From Oscillospiraceae bacterium (GTDB lineage: Bacteria; Bacillota; Clostridia; Oscillospirales; Acutalibacteraceae), in NCBI GenBank assembly GCA_015065845.1, contig SVPQ01000007.1, positions 3,805 to 67,804 on the forward strand: 64,000 nt of DNA, written 5' to 3'. A program made the position numbers and the translations under genes. The notes beneath the pieces were generated by a model, which saw nothing but the letters and a program-made list of their open reading frames with translations, was not told the DNA's origin and ran no database searches. Shown piece after piece: positions 24,378 through 34,793 of the stretch. Position 1 is the stretch's first letter. Every line of letters starts with the position of its first letter.

Positions 24378-24905
24378 ATGTATATTAAAAATTATAAACT
24401 TGTTATACCAGACGAAACCTATGAAAAGCAGTACACAGAGATGATGGATAAATGGGAGTCCATTGAAGATAATATTCAACCTCAGTTGTTACGCAGATAT
24501 AGTAAATCATTGGGTGGAAATGTTTCATATTCAAAATGGTTGGAATGGTGTGAGGATGACCGAACAACAGGCTCAATGCTATCCACAGGAGTACCTTGTA
24601 CACTGTATTTTCTTGTTGATGATAGCAAAGAAATATATGGTGCTATAGTTGTAAATAGTGCCAATACTCACAGAGGACATCTTCATTCAGGGATTGCTCC
24701 TTGGCACAGAGGTAAAGGGATTGGCACCAAAATGCTTGAATTAGCCTTGGGAATTTGCAGGAACATGGGTATGACAAGTGTTGATATTATTCCGTATAAG
24801 TCCAATAATTCAGCTATCAAAACTATTCTCAAAAACGGTGGAATTTTAATGGATGAGTTCTATGAAGACGAAAAATGGTCACAAAGATACAGGGTATCAT
24901 TATAA
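24378..24905 (+). CDS. GNAT-family N-acetyltransferase
   Basis: AGGAGG RBS. The HRGKGIGTKMLELAL motif matches the acetyl-CoA-binding Q/RxxGxG/A pattern. Confidence 0.75.
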   Translation: MYIKNYKLVIPDETYEKQYTEMMDKWESIEDNIQPQLLRRYSKSLGGNVSYSKWLEWCEDDRTTGSMLSTGVPCTLYFLVDDSKEIYGAIVVNSANTHRGHLHSGIAPWHRGKGIGTKMLELALGICRNMGMTSVDIIPYKSNNSAIKTILKNGGILMDEFYEDEKWSQRYRVSL

Positions 24906-24917
24906 AGAGGTGTAAAA

Positions 24918-25925
24918 ATGGCAAAGCGAGTTGTAGTTGTTCCGTATAACGAACAATGGAAAACTGATTTTGAGACAATTAAAAAGTATCTTTTGACAGC
25001 AATAAAAGATATAATAATCAGCATTGAGCATATTGGCAGCACATCTGTTGAAGGGCTTTCTGCAAAACCGATTATTGACATTGATATTATTATCAAGGAC
25101 TATTCAGTATTTGATACAGTAGTTGAAAAATTAGCAACTCTCGGTTACATACACGAAGGAAATCTCGGTATAAAAGACAGAGAAGCCTTTGATTATAAGG
25201 GCGATGTAGATTTACCGAAACATCATTTATATGTTTGTCCTGAATTTTCTTTGGAGCTTCACAGACATATTTTTTTCAGAGACTATTTGAGAAATAATCC
25301 TGAAGCTGTGCTGAAATACAGCAAAGTAAAAGAAGATGGGGCAAAATTATTCCCTGATAGTATAGATGATTATATTAATTATAAGTCACCGTGTATTGAG
25401 GAGATTTATAAAAAATGTGGAGTTTATCCAGTTGTAGAATTCATTAAAATAAATAATAAAGAATTCAAAGTGTTTGCAAAATGGTCTGTAAATAACTATG
25501 CTGAAAATCTTATAAAATCAGGTGACGAAAAGTTCAAGTTAAAAGCAATAAAAACAGCAAAAGATGAATTTAAAAGTGTATTTCCTGATGGTGCTGATTC
25601 AAAGGATAATTATTTATATATCGTAACAAATGAAAATAATGAGAAAATCGGTGTAATAGGATATGAGAAAAGTCATTTTGAAGAAAATGCCGCTTTTGTT
25701 ACAGAGAATGTTATTAAGGAAGATTTTCGTGGCAAGGGTTATGGTAAAAGTGCATTTTTAAAACTACAAGAAGATGCAAAGAAAAAAGGTTTTTCCAAAA
25801 TGGTTTTGAATGTATTTAAGCACACTACTATTTCTTACTCAATGTATCAAAAATGCGGGTTTAAGGTAATTGAAGATTATGAGGATAGTGTTATTATGGA
25901 GAAAGTTTTTGAGAAGAAGGATTAA
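24918..25925 (+). CDS. GrpB-domain protein fused to a C-terminal GNAT acetyltransferase domain
   Basis: IEHIGSTSVEGLSAKPIIDIDI is the GrpB signature. The C-terminal FRGKGYGKSAFLKL is a GNAT motif A. Confidence 0.75.
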   Translation: MAKRVVVVPYNEQWKTDFETIKKYLLTAIKDIIISIEHIGSTSVEGLSAKPIIDIDIIIKDYSVFDTVVEKLATLGYIHEGNLGIKDREAFDYKGDVDLPKHHLYVCPEFSLELHRHIFFRDYLRNNPEAVLKYSKVKEDGAKLFPDSIDDYINYKSPCIEEIYKKCGVYPVVEFIKINNKEFKVFAKWSVNNYAENLIKSGDEKFKLKAIKTAKDEFKSVFPDGADSKDNYLYIVTNENNEKIGVIGYEKSHFEENAAFVTENVIKEDFRGKGYGKSAFLKLQEDAKKKGFSKMVLNVFKHTTISYSMYQKCGFKVIEDYEDSVIMEKVFEKKD

Positions 25926-25927
25926 CA

Positions 25928-26620
25928 ATGAACTACAAAGCAATATTCTTTGACCGTGATGGAACGCTTACATATTTTACAACTGAAAAAGAAGAATGGC
26001 GAGATAATCAAATAAGCAGTTGGAGTGGTAAACCATTTGAATTGCCTTACGAAAAGATGATGGATTTATTTAACCTTGCAAGTGAGGGCAGAAAACCGTG
26101 GTATAAAACACTCCAAGACGAGCAAGAGTTTTTTAAGAGATACTATTATCATTTGCTTACCGGTGAAGGTGTATCAGAAAATATTGAAGAAAAAGCAGAA
26201 TTGCTTTTCAAAGAACTTTGGTGTAACGGAGACAGAGCATTGTTTTCGGAAACAATAGAAGTGCTCGAATACTTTAAAAGTCATGGTTACAAAATGGGTG
26301 TTATCAGCGATACTTCGCCATCACTTGAATTTACATTACAACAACTTGGTATTGCGAAATATTTCACTTCGTTTACTGCAAGTTCATTAGTAGGTGCAGG
26401 CAAACCAAGTCCGATTATTTTTAATGCCGCTCTTGAAGCACAAGGTGTAACTGCTACAGAAAGTATCTTTGTTGATGATTGCAAGGAAGAAGCAGATGGC
26501 GCAAGAGAGCAAGGTTTTACCGCTTTTTATCTTGACCGAAGAGGAGAAAACAATGAAGAATGGACAATACACAATCTGAAACAGTTGATTGATTTTGTTA
26601 AGCGGCAAAAAAAGATGTAA
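25928..26620 (+). CDS. HAD-superfamily hydrolase
   Basis: IFFDRDGTL (DxDGT motif I), GVISDTS (motif II), GKPSP and VDD (motifs III/IV). Confidence 0.8.
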   Translation: MNYKAIFFDRDGTLTYFTTEKEEWRDNQISSWSGKPFELPYEKMMDLFNLASEGRKPWYKTLQDEQEFFKRYYYHLLTGEGVSENIEEKAELLFKELWCNGDRALFSETIEVLEYFKSHGYKMGVISDTSPSLEFTLQQLGIAKYFTSFTASSLVGAGKPSPIIFNAALEAQGVTATESIFVDDCKEEADGAREQGFTAFYLDRRGENNEEWTIHNLKQLIDFVKRQKKM

Positions 26621-26668
26621 TTCTATCATTTTGAGTTTACTAAAAACTTTAAATGATAGAATTTTTTA
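26621..26668 (+). terminator. Hairpin with T-run after the HAD gene
   Basis: ttctatcatt...aatgatagaa followed by tttttt. The loop is large. Confidence 0.5.
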
Positions 26669-26678
26669 TTTACTTTAA

Positions 26679-26715
26679 CACTTGAAACTTGCCACTTGCA
26701 AACTTGCAACTAAAT
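26679..26715. repeat. ACTTGCA-type heptamer tandem repeat upstream of a promoter (copy 1)
   Basis: acacttgaaacttgccacttgcaaacttgcaactaaa. The related block at 61044-61080 ends with the same acttgcaactaaa. Confidence 0.7.
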
Positions 26716-26721
26716 TCACTA

Positions 26722-26750
26722 TTGACTAATGAACAGTAGTGTGCTATTAT
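26722..26750 (+). promoter_or_regulatory. Sigma-A-type promoter (TTGACT-17-TATTAT)
   Basis: ttgact at 26722-26727, 17-nt spacer, tattat at 26745-26750. Confidence 0.5.
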
Positions 26751-26804
26751 GAATTTGCAAGGTACTGATTATTGCACAGTACCGATAAAAAAGGGGTTGA
26801 TTTT

Positions 26805-27563
26805 ATGAAAAACAAATTTATGCTAGAACTTGCTTACAGATTGTTGCCGTTAGTAAGTTTCAGTGAAATGAAAGAGATTTTAGACGATTATTCCGGTTTT
26901 ATGGTAGATAGTCAGGTGAATGAAAAACCGAAAGAAGTTATGAAATCACTTGAAATCCCAAAGAAAAACGGATTTATATCGGGGGTTTTGTTTGTTGCGT
27001 TTTGGCTGTTTTTTGTTTATTTTAATATGTGGTCGAGCAGAGCTTATGATGTACCGTTTTATATTCTTGGGTTTGTTACGATGGCTTTGGGTGCTGTCGG
27101 CTTATATGTAATATATTCAGTGTTGGCTAAGAAATTTGTGCTTATTTCAAAATTTTCTGGTAACAGAAGTTGTTCCAAGGTGGTAAATGTTACTTACGGT
27201 TTGATTGTAATAGTAGGAATGGTAGGTTTTATCTGTTGGATAATATCAACATTCATATATCCTTATGAGTACGAAAAACCAGAAAATGTTGGTATGTTTA
27301 TTGGTTCGTTATATGATTTGTTTACAGTTTTCCCTATAGTAAATTTATTTTTATTCTTAATAAAAGGTTCAGATTATTTCTTCTCTTTTTGCAGCTCATT
27401 GGTCTCGGTAACCGCCTTTACAGCAATAAAACTGTTTTTGTCTTCAATCAGTTCAATGGAATGGTACATATTTCCATATTTATATGCCGTTCTCGCTATA
27501 TTCATTGCAGAGATAATAATCGTAATCGTGCTTAGTAAAAGATTGAAAAAGGTGACGGAATAA
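26805..27563 (+). CDS. Polytopic membrane protein, DUF1700-like partner of PadR
   Basis: The N-terminal helical segment LELAYRLLPLVSFSEMKEILDDYSGF is followed by several hydrophobic spans. Its stop overlaps the PadR start. ATG at 26805 with an AAGGGG RBS. Confidence 0.65.
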   Translation: MKNKFMLELAYRLLPLVSFSEMKEILDDYSGFMVDSQVNEKPKEVMKSLEIPKKNGFISGVLFVAFWLFFVYFNMWSSRAYDVPFYILGFVTMALGAVGLYVIYSVLAKKFVLISKFSGNRSCSKVVNVTYGLIVIVGMVGFICWIISTFIYPYEYEKPENVGMFIGSLYDLFTVFPIVNLFLFLIKGSDYFFSFCSSLVSVTAFTAIKLFLSSISSMEWYIFPYLYAVLAIFIAEIIIVIVLSKRLKKVTE

Positions 27564-27877
27564 TGAATGCTCAAATAAAAAAAGGCATACTCGAAATGTG
27601 TATTTTCTGGTTAGTCAAGGAAAGTGAATCTATTTATGGGTATGACCTTATAAAAAAAGTAGGGGAGTATTTTAAAGAAGTAAATGAAAGTACCTTTTAT
27701 GCTATTTTAAGAAGACTTGAGCAAAGGGGTTCTTTAAAGTCAACAGTAGAAAAAAGCACGGAAGGTCCACCGAGAAAATATTTCTCAATTACTGATACAG
27801 GTGAAAATGAATTGCAAGAGTTTATAGATGAGTGGAATGAATTGAAAAGGATAATGGAGAGTTTGGGAATAAACTAA
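27563..27877 (+). CDS. PadR-family transcriptional regulator
   Basis: About 100-aa winged-HTH protein. ILEMCIFWLV...YGYDLIKKV...STFYAILRRLEQRG is typical of PadR. Confidence 0.8.
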   Translation: MNAQIKKGILEMCIFWLVKESESIYGYDLIKKVGEYFKEVNESTFYAILRRLEQRGSLKSTVEKSTEGPPRKYFSITDTGENELQEFIDEWNELKRIMESLGIN

Positions 27878-27925
27878 AAAAATGCACCCGAGGAACTATA
27901 AGTTCTTCGGGTGTAATGTTTTTTT
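27878..27925. terminator. Bidirectional terminator between the PadR and HtrA genes
   Basis: cacccgaggaact...agttcttcgggtg, flanked by an A-run and a T-run. Confidence 0.75.
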
Positions 27926-29462
27926 AATAACCAAACGGATTAAACGGGAATTGTTCATAGAATTCATCAGGGATTTGTTGTTGCTGTTGTTGTTCAGTTA
28001 CGGTTTCCTGATAAACTGTATCGCCCTTGTCTTCAACTAAAGTGATTTCTTCGTCAAAAGTATTAGCAACTGCGCCACTATTATCAAGACGGACAACAGT
28101 AAGTGTTAATTTATCACCGACTTTTGCATTTTCAATTGCTTCTAAAAGAATGTCGGTATCATCAAGTTTTTTGCCATTTACTGCGGTAACAATATCACCG
28201 ACTTTAATGTTTGTTTCGTTAAGACTGCTGTTTGTTGCAATACTTGCAATTACAATCGAACCATAAGGAAGATTGTTTTTCCATGCAAGTGCTGAGTAAG
28301 TTGAGTCATTTGAAACTGCGTAATACTGAATACCGAGCATTGGTCTGTTTGTAACATAACCATGTTCAATAAGTTCATTATAAATTTCAAGAACTTTTTC
28401 AGCAGGTACTGCAAAGCCCATACCTTCGTAGTCAGTTGCAGCAATTTTTGAAGAATTTATGCCGACAATCTGACCAAATTCATTAACTAAAGCACCGCCT
28501 GAGTTACCTGGGTTAATTGCTGCAGAGTGCTGAATGCAAGGTAAATCGTAGAAACCATTTTCAGTTGTTGCAATAGGTCTGTCAAGTGCTGAAACCATAC
28601 CATTTGTGAAAGAACCAAAAAATTCAGTGCCGGCAGGGTTACCAATAGCATAAACCGGGGCGCCAACTTTAAGTGAATCTGAATCACCAAATGTTGCTGC
28701 TTTAAAGCCTGTTTTCTTAACTCTTATAACGCCTATATCTGTTTTATTGTCTACACCGACAATCTGTGCATCGTATTCTTTTGAATCGTAAAATTGAACC
28801 TGAACATTCATACCGGTACCTGCAATAACATGAGCACAGGTGATTATATATGTGTACCCTGATTTTTCACCAACTATAACACCTGAACCTTCACCGGCTT
28901 TCTGGTTCTGGTAATAAACAAGAATTGCTACATTTGACTCTTTTACAGCATCATAAATCTGCGTTGGAGTCATAGAACCTTTACCTGAATATTCCTGTGC
29001 CTCGTAAGGTGATTTTTCAAGGTTTGGAACGGCACCATCAATTTTTTCAGTATTTGGTTTTGAATTACCACCATCTGAGAATGGAGTTTCATCTGAAAGA
29101 GATGTGCCGATAAGAATTGATGCAACTGCAACACAAAGAACAATAAGTATTGCAAAAACCACTTTACCTGATTTTGATTGTTTCTTTTTTACAGGGTTCT
29201 CAAAGGTTTGTGCAGGGTATGAAGCAGGTGTGGTGTATGGTTGTTGTGGCGCAGTATAACCCTGATTACCTGAATATTGGTTATTGAAATTGTAACCATT
29301 TGGTGATGTAGGGTAAGCGTTGTTTTGACCGAACCCGTTTTGTTGAAAATTAGTGTTTGGTGAAGTTGTGTACTGAGAATTATTAAAACCCTGGTTTTCA
29401 GTTTGTGTAGTTTCAGTGTTTTTTTCATTCTCTGGTGTGTTCTGACTTAAAAATTCGTCCAT
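27924..29462 (-). CDS. htrA: HtrA/DegP-family serine protease with a PDZ domain and a Q/N/Y-rich cytoplasmic N-terminus
   Basis: Triad context CAHVI ... GNSGGAL. C-terminal PDZ-like region (VGDIVTAVNGKKL). One TM segment (VVFAILIVLCVAVASILIG). Confidence 0.85.
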   Translation of the reverse strand: MDEFLSQNTPENEKNTETTQTENQGFNNSQYTTSPNTNFQQNGFGQNNAYPTSPNGYNFNNQYSGNQGYTAPQQPYTTPASYPAQTFENPVKKKQSKSGKVVFAILIVLCVAVASILIGTSLSDETPFSDGGNSKPNTEKIDGAVPNLEKSPYEAQEYSGKGSMTPTQIYDAVKESNVAILVYYQNQKAGEGSGVIVGEKSGYTYIITCAHVIAGTGMNVQVQFYDSKEYDAQIVGVDNKTDIGVIRVKKTGFKAATFGDSDSLKVGAPVYAIGNPAGTEFFGSFTNGMVSALDRPIATTENGFYDLPCIQHSAAINPGNSGGALVNEFGQIVGINSSKIAATDYEGMGFAVPAEKVLEIYNELIEHGYVTNRPMLGIQYYAVSNDSTYSALAWKNNLPYGSIVIASIATNSSLNETNIKVGDIVTAVNGKKLDDTDILLEAIENAKVGDKLTLTVVRLDNSGAVANTFDEEITLVEDKGDTVYQETVTEQQQQQQIPDEFYEQFPFNPFGY

Positions 29463-29535
29463 TAAAAATCCTCCAGGTTTGTTATTGAATTATTGTATTT
29501 ATATAATAACAAAATATTATTGAAAACAGATTGAA

Positions 29536-31032
29536 TTATTTTGGTAATTTTACAGTGAATTCAGTGAATTTATCAGGTTTACTTTTAACAGTAACTTTAC
29601 CGCCATGTAATTCTACTATACTTTTAACAATGTGAAGACCAAGACCTGTGCTTTTTGTGTCAGTACTTCTTGATTCGTCAACTTTGTAAAATCTGTCAAA
29701 TATGTTTTTTATATGTGCCGGTGGGATACCCTTACCGGTATTTGTAATTGTGAAATATGAATATTTAACTTCGCTTTTTGTTGTGAGCGAAATTTTACCG
29801 TTTTCATTAGTGAATTTTACAGCATTGTCTATGAGGTTATAAATAACCTGGTCAAGCATAGACTGGTCGCCCAAAACGGTAAGTTCCTCTAAATCTTCGA
29901 GACCTTCAATTGAAATATTTTTATCTGTTATGAGTTGCTCAAATGTTAAAAATGTATTTAAAAGATTTTTAGAAACATCAAAACGCTCTAATTTAAGATT
30001 TAAGTTACCTGTTTCAATTCTTGAAACATTGAGCATTGCATTAACCATCTTAGAAAGTCTTTTAACTTCCGCTGAAACAATTTCTAAATAATGATTTTGT
30101 TTTTCTGGGGGGATAGTACCATCAAGAATGCCGTTAATAAATCCACCAATTGTTGTCATTGGCGTTTTAAATTCGTGAGAAACACTTGAAACAAAGTTTC
30201 TTCTTGAGTTTTCAAGTGCTTCAAGAGATTCTGCCATTGAATTAAACTCAATGATAAGTTCAGTCATTTCGTTTTGTTCTGTAGGTTCAGGAACTTTATA
30301 TGAAAAATCACCTACGGAGTAGCACCTTGCCGCTTTTGCTAAATCTCTTATAGGTTTTGTCATTTTATCTGCAAGGAAGAAAAGCGCAAGAGTAAGTATA
30401 ATCAACGCAAAAACCGCGGCAGATAAAAATGAAGTTAAAAGTTTAATAAAGTAACCAGCAATCTGCCCCGAAATAGGACTGGTGCAAATAGTGAAACCAG
30501 CAATTTCGTTTTCAATTCTTATAGGTGAAATTGCAACTGCGTGAGTTTCTTCGAAAACACCACCGAGTGTTGTGTAGTCTGCGTAACCGATTGCTTCTGC
30601 TTTTACAATAAATGCTTTTGGAATGTGAATATTCTGATGTTCTTCACACACCGCGTGCTGAACAGTTTCAAAAGGTTTTTTTAAAGTGTCATCACACGCA
30701 ATGATTTTACCATCAGCATTACACATAAAAACCATACTGCCACTGGCATCTGCAGTGAGTTTTAAGTTGTTATAAAAAAGCAAGGCGGTTGCTTCCGGGT
30801 TATGAAGTGCTAAGTCTGAACATAATATTTCAGATGAAAAATCAGAAATCGCAATTGAGTTTTTACTTAAATTTGCTAAAGTCTCCTGTTTTGAAAAATT
30901 ATAAACAAAAGCCATAAGCGTAATACCAGTAATAATGAATCCTACTACAATTATTACGGCTAAAATAACGAAGTATTTAAGAAAGAAAGCACCGCGTTTA
31001 TTATTAGAAAATTTTGATTTTATTTTTTCCAT
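29536..31032 (-). CDS. Sensor histidine kinase (2 TM, HAMP, HisKA, HATPase_c)
   Basis: H-box SHEFKTPMT, N-box DNAVKFT, G-box GTGLGLHIVK. Confidence 0.85.
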   Translation of the reverse strand: MEKIKSKFSNNKRGAFFLKYFVILAVIIVVGFIITGITLMAFVYNFSKQETLANLSKNSIAISDFSSEILCSDLALHNPEATALLFYNNLKLTADASGSMVFMCNADGKIIACDDTLKKPFETVQHAVCEEHQNIHIPKAFIVKAEAIGYADYTTLGGVFEETHAVAISPIRIENEIAGFTICTSPISGQIAGYFIKLLTSFLSAAVFALIILTLALFFLADKMTKPIRDLAKAARCYSVGDFSYKVPEPTEQNEMTELIIEFNSMAESLEALENSRRNFVSSVSHEFKTPMTTIGGFINGILDGTIPPEKQNHYLEIVSAEVKRLSKMVNAMLNVSRIETGNLNLKLERFDVSKNLLNTFLTFEQLITDKNISIEGLEDLEELTVLGDQSMLDQVIYNLIDNAVKFTNENGKISLTTKSEVKYSYFTITNTGKGIPPAHIKNIFDRFYKVDESRSTDTKSTGLGLHIVKSIVELHGGKVTVKSKPDKFTEFTVKLPK

Positions 31033-31035
31033 AAT

Positions 31036-31734
31036 TTATGCTTTTGTGTCAAACTTGTAACCGACACCCCAAATGGTTCTTAACTCCCATTGGTCTGAAA
31101 CACCTTCAAGTTTTTCTCTTAAACGCTTAACATGAACATCAACTGTTCTTGAGTTTCCGTAATATTCAAATCCCCATACTTCATCCAGAAGCTGGTCACG
31201 GGTATAAACACGGTTAGGGTTACTTGCAAGATGATAAATGAGTTCAAGTTCTTTAGGTGGTGCATCAACATACTCACCATTGATTTTTAACTCATAGTTT
31301 GTAAGGTTTATTGAAAGTTTGTCGTAGGTAACAATTTTATTGGTTTCCTGTGAAGAAGTCTGAGCAGGTGCAGTTCTTCTTAAAACTGCTTTGATTCTTG
31401 CTATAACTTCTTTTGGTTCAAAAGGTTTTACAATATAATCATCCGCACCGAGCTCGAGACCTAAAACTTTATCAAAAACCTCGCCTTTTGCAGTAAGCAT
31501 AATTATAGGTGTTTGAGAAGTTTTTCTTATTTCTCTGCATATCTGCCAGCCGTCAAGACCAGGTAACATTATGTCTAAAAGAACAAGGTCGGGATTGGTT
31601 TCGGAAAAAACAGTCACTGCGTCAAGACCATTGTTGACAACTTCTGTAGAATACCCCTCTTTTTCAAGATATAATCTTAAAAGCTCACAGATGTTAACAT
31701 CATCATCAACAATAAGTATTTTTTCGGTAGCCAT
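31036..31734 (-). CDS. OmpR-family response regulator
   Basis: The receiver domain (ILIVDDD, DIMLPGLDG, LTAK) is followed by a winged-helix domain (TVDVHVKRLREKL, WGVGYKF). ATG at 31734 with an AAGGGG RBS. Confidence 0.85.
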   Translation of the reverse strand: MATEKILIVDDDVNICELLRLYLEKEGYSTEVVNNGLDAVTVFSETNPDLVLLDIMLPGLDGWQICREIRKTSQTPIIMLTAKGEVFDKVLGLELGADDYIVKPFEPKEVIARIKAVLRRTAPAQTSSQETNKIVTYDKLSINLTNYELKINGEYVDAPPKELELIYHLASNPNRVYTRDQLLDEVWGFEYYGNSRTVDVHVKRLREKLEGVSDQWELRTIWGVGYKFDTKA

Positions 31735-31859
31735 AAAAACACCCCTTTTCATTATTTTTTACTCAACTACCAGTTTCATTGTATACCAAATTTTACAAGA
31801 AAATATGAACAGAATTTTAAAAATGTATTATAGTTTATTATTGGTAGGTTTAGAGTGAA

Positions 31860-33659
31860 TTATTTTTTCTTTTTATCTTTTTTCTTTTGTTTTGCTTTTC
31901 TTACAGATTTTGTTCTTCTTCTCTTAATTGTTAATCTGTAATAAATGAAACCTGCAACACTGGCAGCAACTACAAGAAATATTGAGAAGTAAACAACAAT
32001 CATTTTAATTTCATCTTTGTTTAAAGCAGACGAAGATGAATCTTCGGCAGTAGTTGTTATACTATCAAGTTTTCCGATTGTTACAACGCCATTTGCATTT
32101 AAAATGTAACCATAACCTTCAGGAAGACTTTCTTTAACAGTGTCACTTATAACATTACCCTGACTGTCAACAAGTTGACCGAATTCGTTTATATGTAAAA
32201 CTTGTGGGTTTGCGTTCGGCGTAGCTACATTCGCATTGAGTGATGGATTTAAGTAGTCATAACTTGGTGCTATGGTGTTATTTAAGTTCATGGAAACATT
32301 ACCACCGAAACCAGAAACAATACCGGTTGCGTTTTCATCATCAGGTGCGTTTTCTATTCCCTGATAAACATTGATTTTGTAGGTAGTTGTTTCTGCAGAA
32401 GCACCATTATATTGAACATTGACATTGACAGTCTGTACAGGTTCTTTTGACAACGCAACTTTTGCATACTGTGCAAGGTCAACTATTTTGTCGTTGATTT
32501 TTACTGTCATGTAAGCATTGTCAATTGGTGTAGGGTTTATATAAATAGTTTCTCTGAAGTAATCAAGATATAAATTATATTCATAAATATCTGAGTAGAA
32601 TTCTTTTTCTAAATCAAATCGGTTTGTTTTTTGAAGAACGATATCAAACGCTTGTTCATAGGTGTATTTTGCAGAAGAAAGTGCTATGCCTTTATCTTCG
32701 TAAGCCATTCTCTGGATTATGTAATAAGCCAGTGTTTTTGCTCTGTTCGCTTTGAATACTGAATCAGGGTCTAAAGTTACATTGTACTGGGTGCCAAGCA
32801 TAGCCGCCATATATTTAATTTGAATTTCTTCGTCCGTTGCAGAACTTGCGTCAACTGAAATACCTGCATCTGAAATTGACATTATAGCAAGTCTTCTGAA
32901 CGCTTCGTTTCTTTCAATTGTAACAAGTTCGCGTGAAGTAACATAACCATTTGTATAAAGAGCAAAAAGACAGGTGTAGTAAACATAATCTTCAAGACTT
33001 ACTATTGATGTAATATCAAAATATTTGGAAACAAAAGCAATGAGTGAACGGTCATCGCCATCAAGAGCTACCATATACATCATAAGTGCCGCTTCAAGAG
33101 TTGTTCCAGGTGGTATTGATAATCTTTCTCCGGTGAAAACATAATAGAAATCATTTTTCCACAATGCATAAAGAGCACTTATCATAAATATAGAGTCTGG
33201 GTCTTCTTCCTGCTCTGGCGTGATAAGAATGCCCTGTTCTCTCAACCATTCTGCTTTTGACTGGTCAGTAGCGTCAGGGTCACCGATTATAGAGAGTGCA
33301 CCTAACTGTTGGAATACATAAATGTAAGCCGCTCTCTGAGATTCTTCATCAAGAGTGTAGTAGTGAGCGTATTCTTCAACTTCCTCTTTAAAACAAGGTG
33401 CATCTGTTATATAAGGGTAATCGGTAACAGGGTGCAAAGCCTTTTCTGTTATGATTCCATCGACAGAAAGCATATTTTCTTTGATGATGAATTTACGAAG
33501 CCATGATGGATTGTTTTCTTCATAAGCATATTGAGTTGAAATACCTAAATTGGTGTTGATTTGTTTTGCAAATTTTTTTGCTGAAACACTTAAAGTGAAA
33601 ATAGATGAGCAAGTGATTACAGCAAGAATTGCCGCTATAATGCGGTATCTTAATTTCAT
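31860..33659 (-). CDS. Hypothetical exported protein with a C-terminal TM anchor and a Lys-rich tail
   Basis: Signal-peptide-like N-terminus MKLRYRIIAAILAVITCSSIFTLSVSA. C-terminal IVVYFSIFLVVAASVAGFIYY is followed by RRRTKSVRKAKQKKKDKKKK. First gene of the two-component/HtrA operon. Confidence 0.6.
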   Translation of the reverse strand: MKLRYRIIAAILAVITCSSIFTLSVSAKKFAKQINTNLGISTQYAYEENNPSWLRKFIIKENMLSVDGIITEKALHPVTDYPYITDAPCFKEEVEEYAHYYTLDEESQRAAYIYVFQQLGALSIIGDPDATDQSKAEWLREQGILITPEQEEDPDSIFMISALYALWKNDFYYVFTGERLSIPPGTTLEAALMMYMVALDGDDRSLIAFVSKYFDITSIVSLEDYVYYTCLFALYTNGYVTSRELVTIERNEAFRRLAIMSISDAGISVDASSATDEEIQIKYMAAMLGTQYNVTLDPDSVFKANRAKTLAYYIIQRMAYEDKGIALSSAKYTYEQAFDIVLQKTNRFDLEKEFYSDIYEYNLYLDYFRETIYINPTPIDNAYMTVKINDKIVDLAQYAKVALSKEPVQTVNVNVQYNGASAETTTYKINVYQGIENAPDDENATGIVSGFGGNVSMNLNNTIAPSYDYLNPSLNANVATPNANPQVLHINEFGQLVDSQGNVISDTVKESLPEGYGYILNANGVVTIGKLDSITTTAEDSSSSALNKDEIKMIVVYFSIFLVVAASVAGFIYYRLTIKRRRTKSVRKAKQKKKDKKKK

Positions 33660-33746
33660 TATTATCCTCATTTCTGAAATGTTATAAATGAAGTTATATT
33701 ATACCAAATAAGTAATATATAGTCAATGAACTAAATGTTAATTATA

Positions 33747-34793
33747 TTATAAAGAGAAAGCGAAAACCGTTTGTGATTTATACTCTTCGTCTTTGTCATA
33801 TACGCATTTGCACCAATCCTGATGATTAGGTGAATCAGGGAATACCTGTGTTTCAAGACAGAAAGAACATCTTTTTGTAAGTGGTTTTTCTTGTTTACCG
33901 AGAATTGTACCATCAAGGAAGTTACCTGTGTAGAACTGAACACCAGGAAGTGTTGTTTTAACTTCCATTGTAATTCCTGATTTGTCACCCTTTGCAACAG
34001 CACAAGTTTTTAAAGTACCGTCAGAATCATTAATAATAAAGTTATGGTCATAACCATTACCATTTTTAATCTGTACACAGTCGGTATTGTTAATATCTTT
34101 ACCGATTTTTTTAGTGGTCCTGAAATCAAACGGGGTGTTATTTACTGCTTCTGCCATTTTTAACGGAATACTTGTTTCGTCAATTGGTGTGAAGTAATCA
34201 GCATCAATCTGTAAATCGTGGTCTAAAATATCACCGCTATCAAAACCATTAAGGTTAAAATAAGCGTGGTTTGTAAGATTTATAACAGTCTTTTTGTCTG
34301 AAATTGCATTGTATGCGAGGATTAACTCGTCATTGTCTGTAAGTTCATAAGTAACACTTGCTTTTACATTACCAGGGAAACCGTCAGTTCCATCTTTACT
34401 GAAATATGTAAAGGTTAATGACTTGTCAGAGGTTTCAGTGCCTGTCCACACAGCAGAAGAATATTCACCACCACCATGAAGACAAGTGATGCCATTATCA
34501 TTCTTGGTAAGCGTGTATTCTGTACCATCTATTGAGAATTTACCGCCTTTTATTCTGTTAGCGTACTGACCAACAACAACACCCTGGTAGTCACTTCTTT
34601 CAGTGTGACCTTCAAGTGTATCGTGTCCAGATAAAACATCAATAAAATTGCCGTTTTTGTCTTTTACAAAGAGTTTTTCTAAAGTAGCACCTTTCTCAAT
34701 GATTTCTGCTTTCATACCATTTTTATTTTCAAGTGTAAAGGTGTAAACTTTTACACCGTTTAATTCGCCATATAAAGATTTTGTAATTGCCAT
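33747..34793 (-). CDS. galM: Aldose 1-epimerase (galactose mutarotase)
   Basis: NLTNHAYFNL and CLETQ motifs. GGAGG RBS before the ATG at 34793. Confidence 0.8.
   Translation of the reverse strand: MAITKSLYGELNGVKVYTFTLENKNGMKAEIIEKGATLEKLFVKDKNGNFIDVLSGHDTLEGHTERSDYQGVVVGQYANRIKGGKFSIDGTEYTLTKNDNGITCLHGGGEYSSAVWTGTETSDKSLTFTYFSKDGTDGFPGNVKASVTYELTDNDELILAYNAISDKKTVINLTNHAYFNLNGFDSGDILDHDLQIDADYFTPIDETSIPLKMAEAVNNTPFDFRTTKKIGKDINNTDCVQIKNGNGYDHNFIINDSDGTLKTCAVAKGDKSGITMEVKTTLPGVQFYTGNFLDGTILGKQEKPLTKRCSFCLETQVFPDSPNHQDWCKCVYDKDEEYKSQTVFAFSL

Noticed and set aside
24159-24664. Minus-strand ORFs 24159-24479, 24403-24603 and 24482-24664, and plus-strand ORF 24463-24648
   Set aside because: They overlap the promoter/leader or the GNAT gene. 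They have no RBS and a poor composition.
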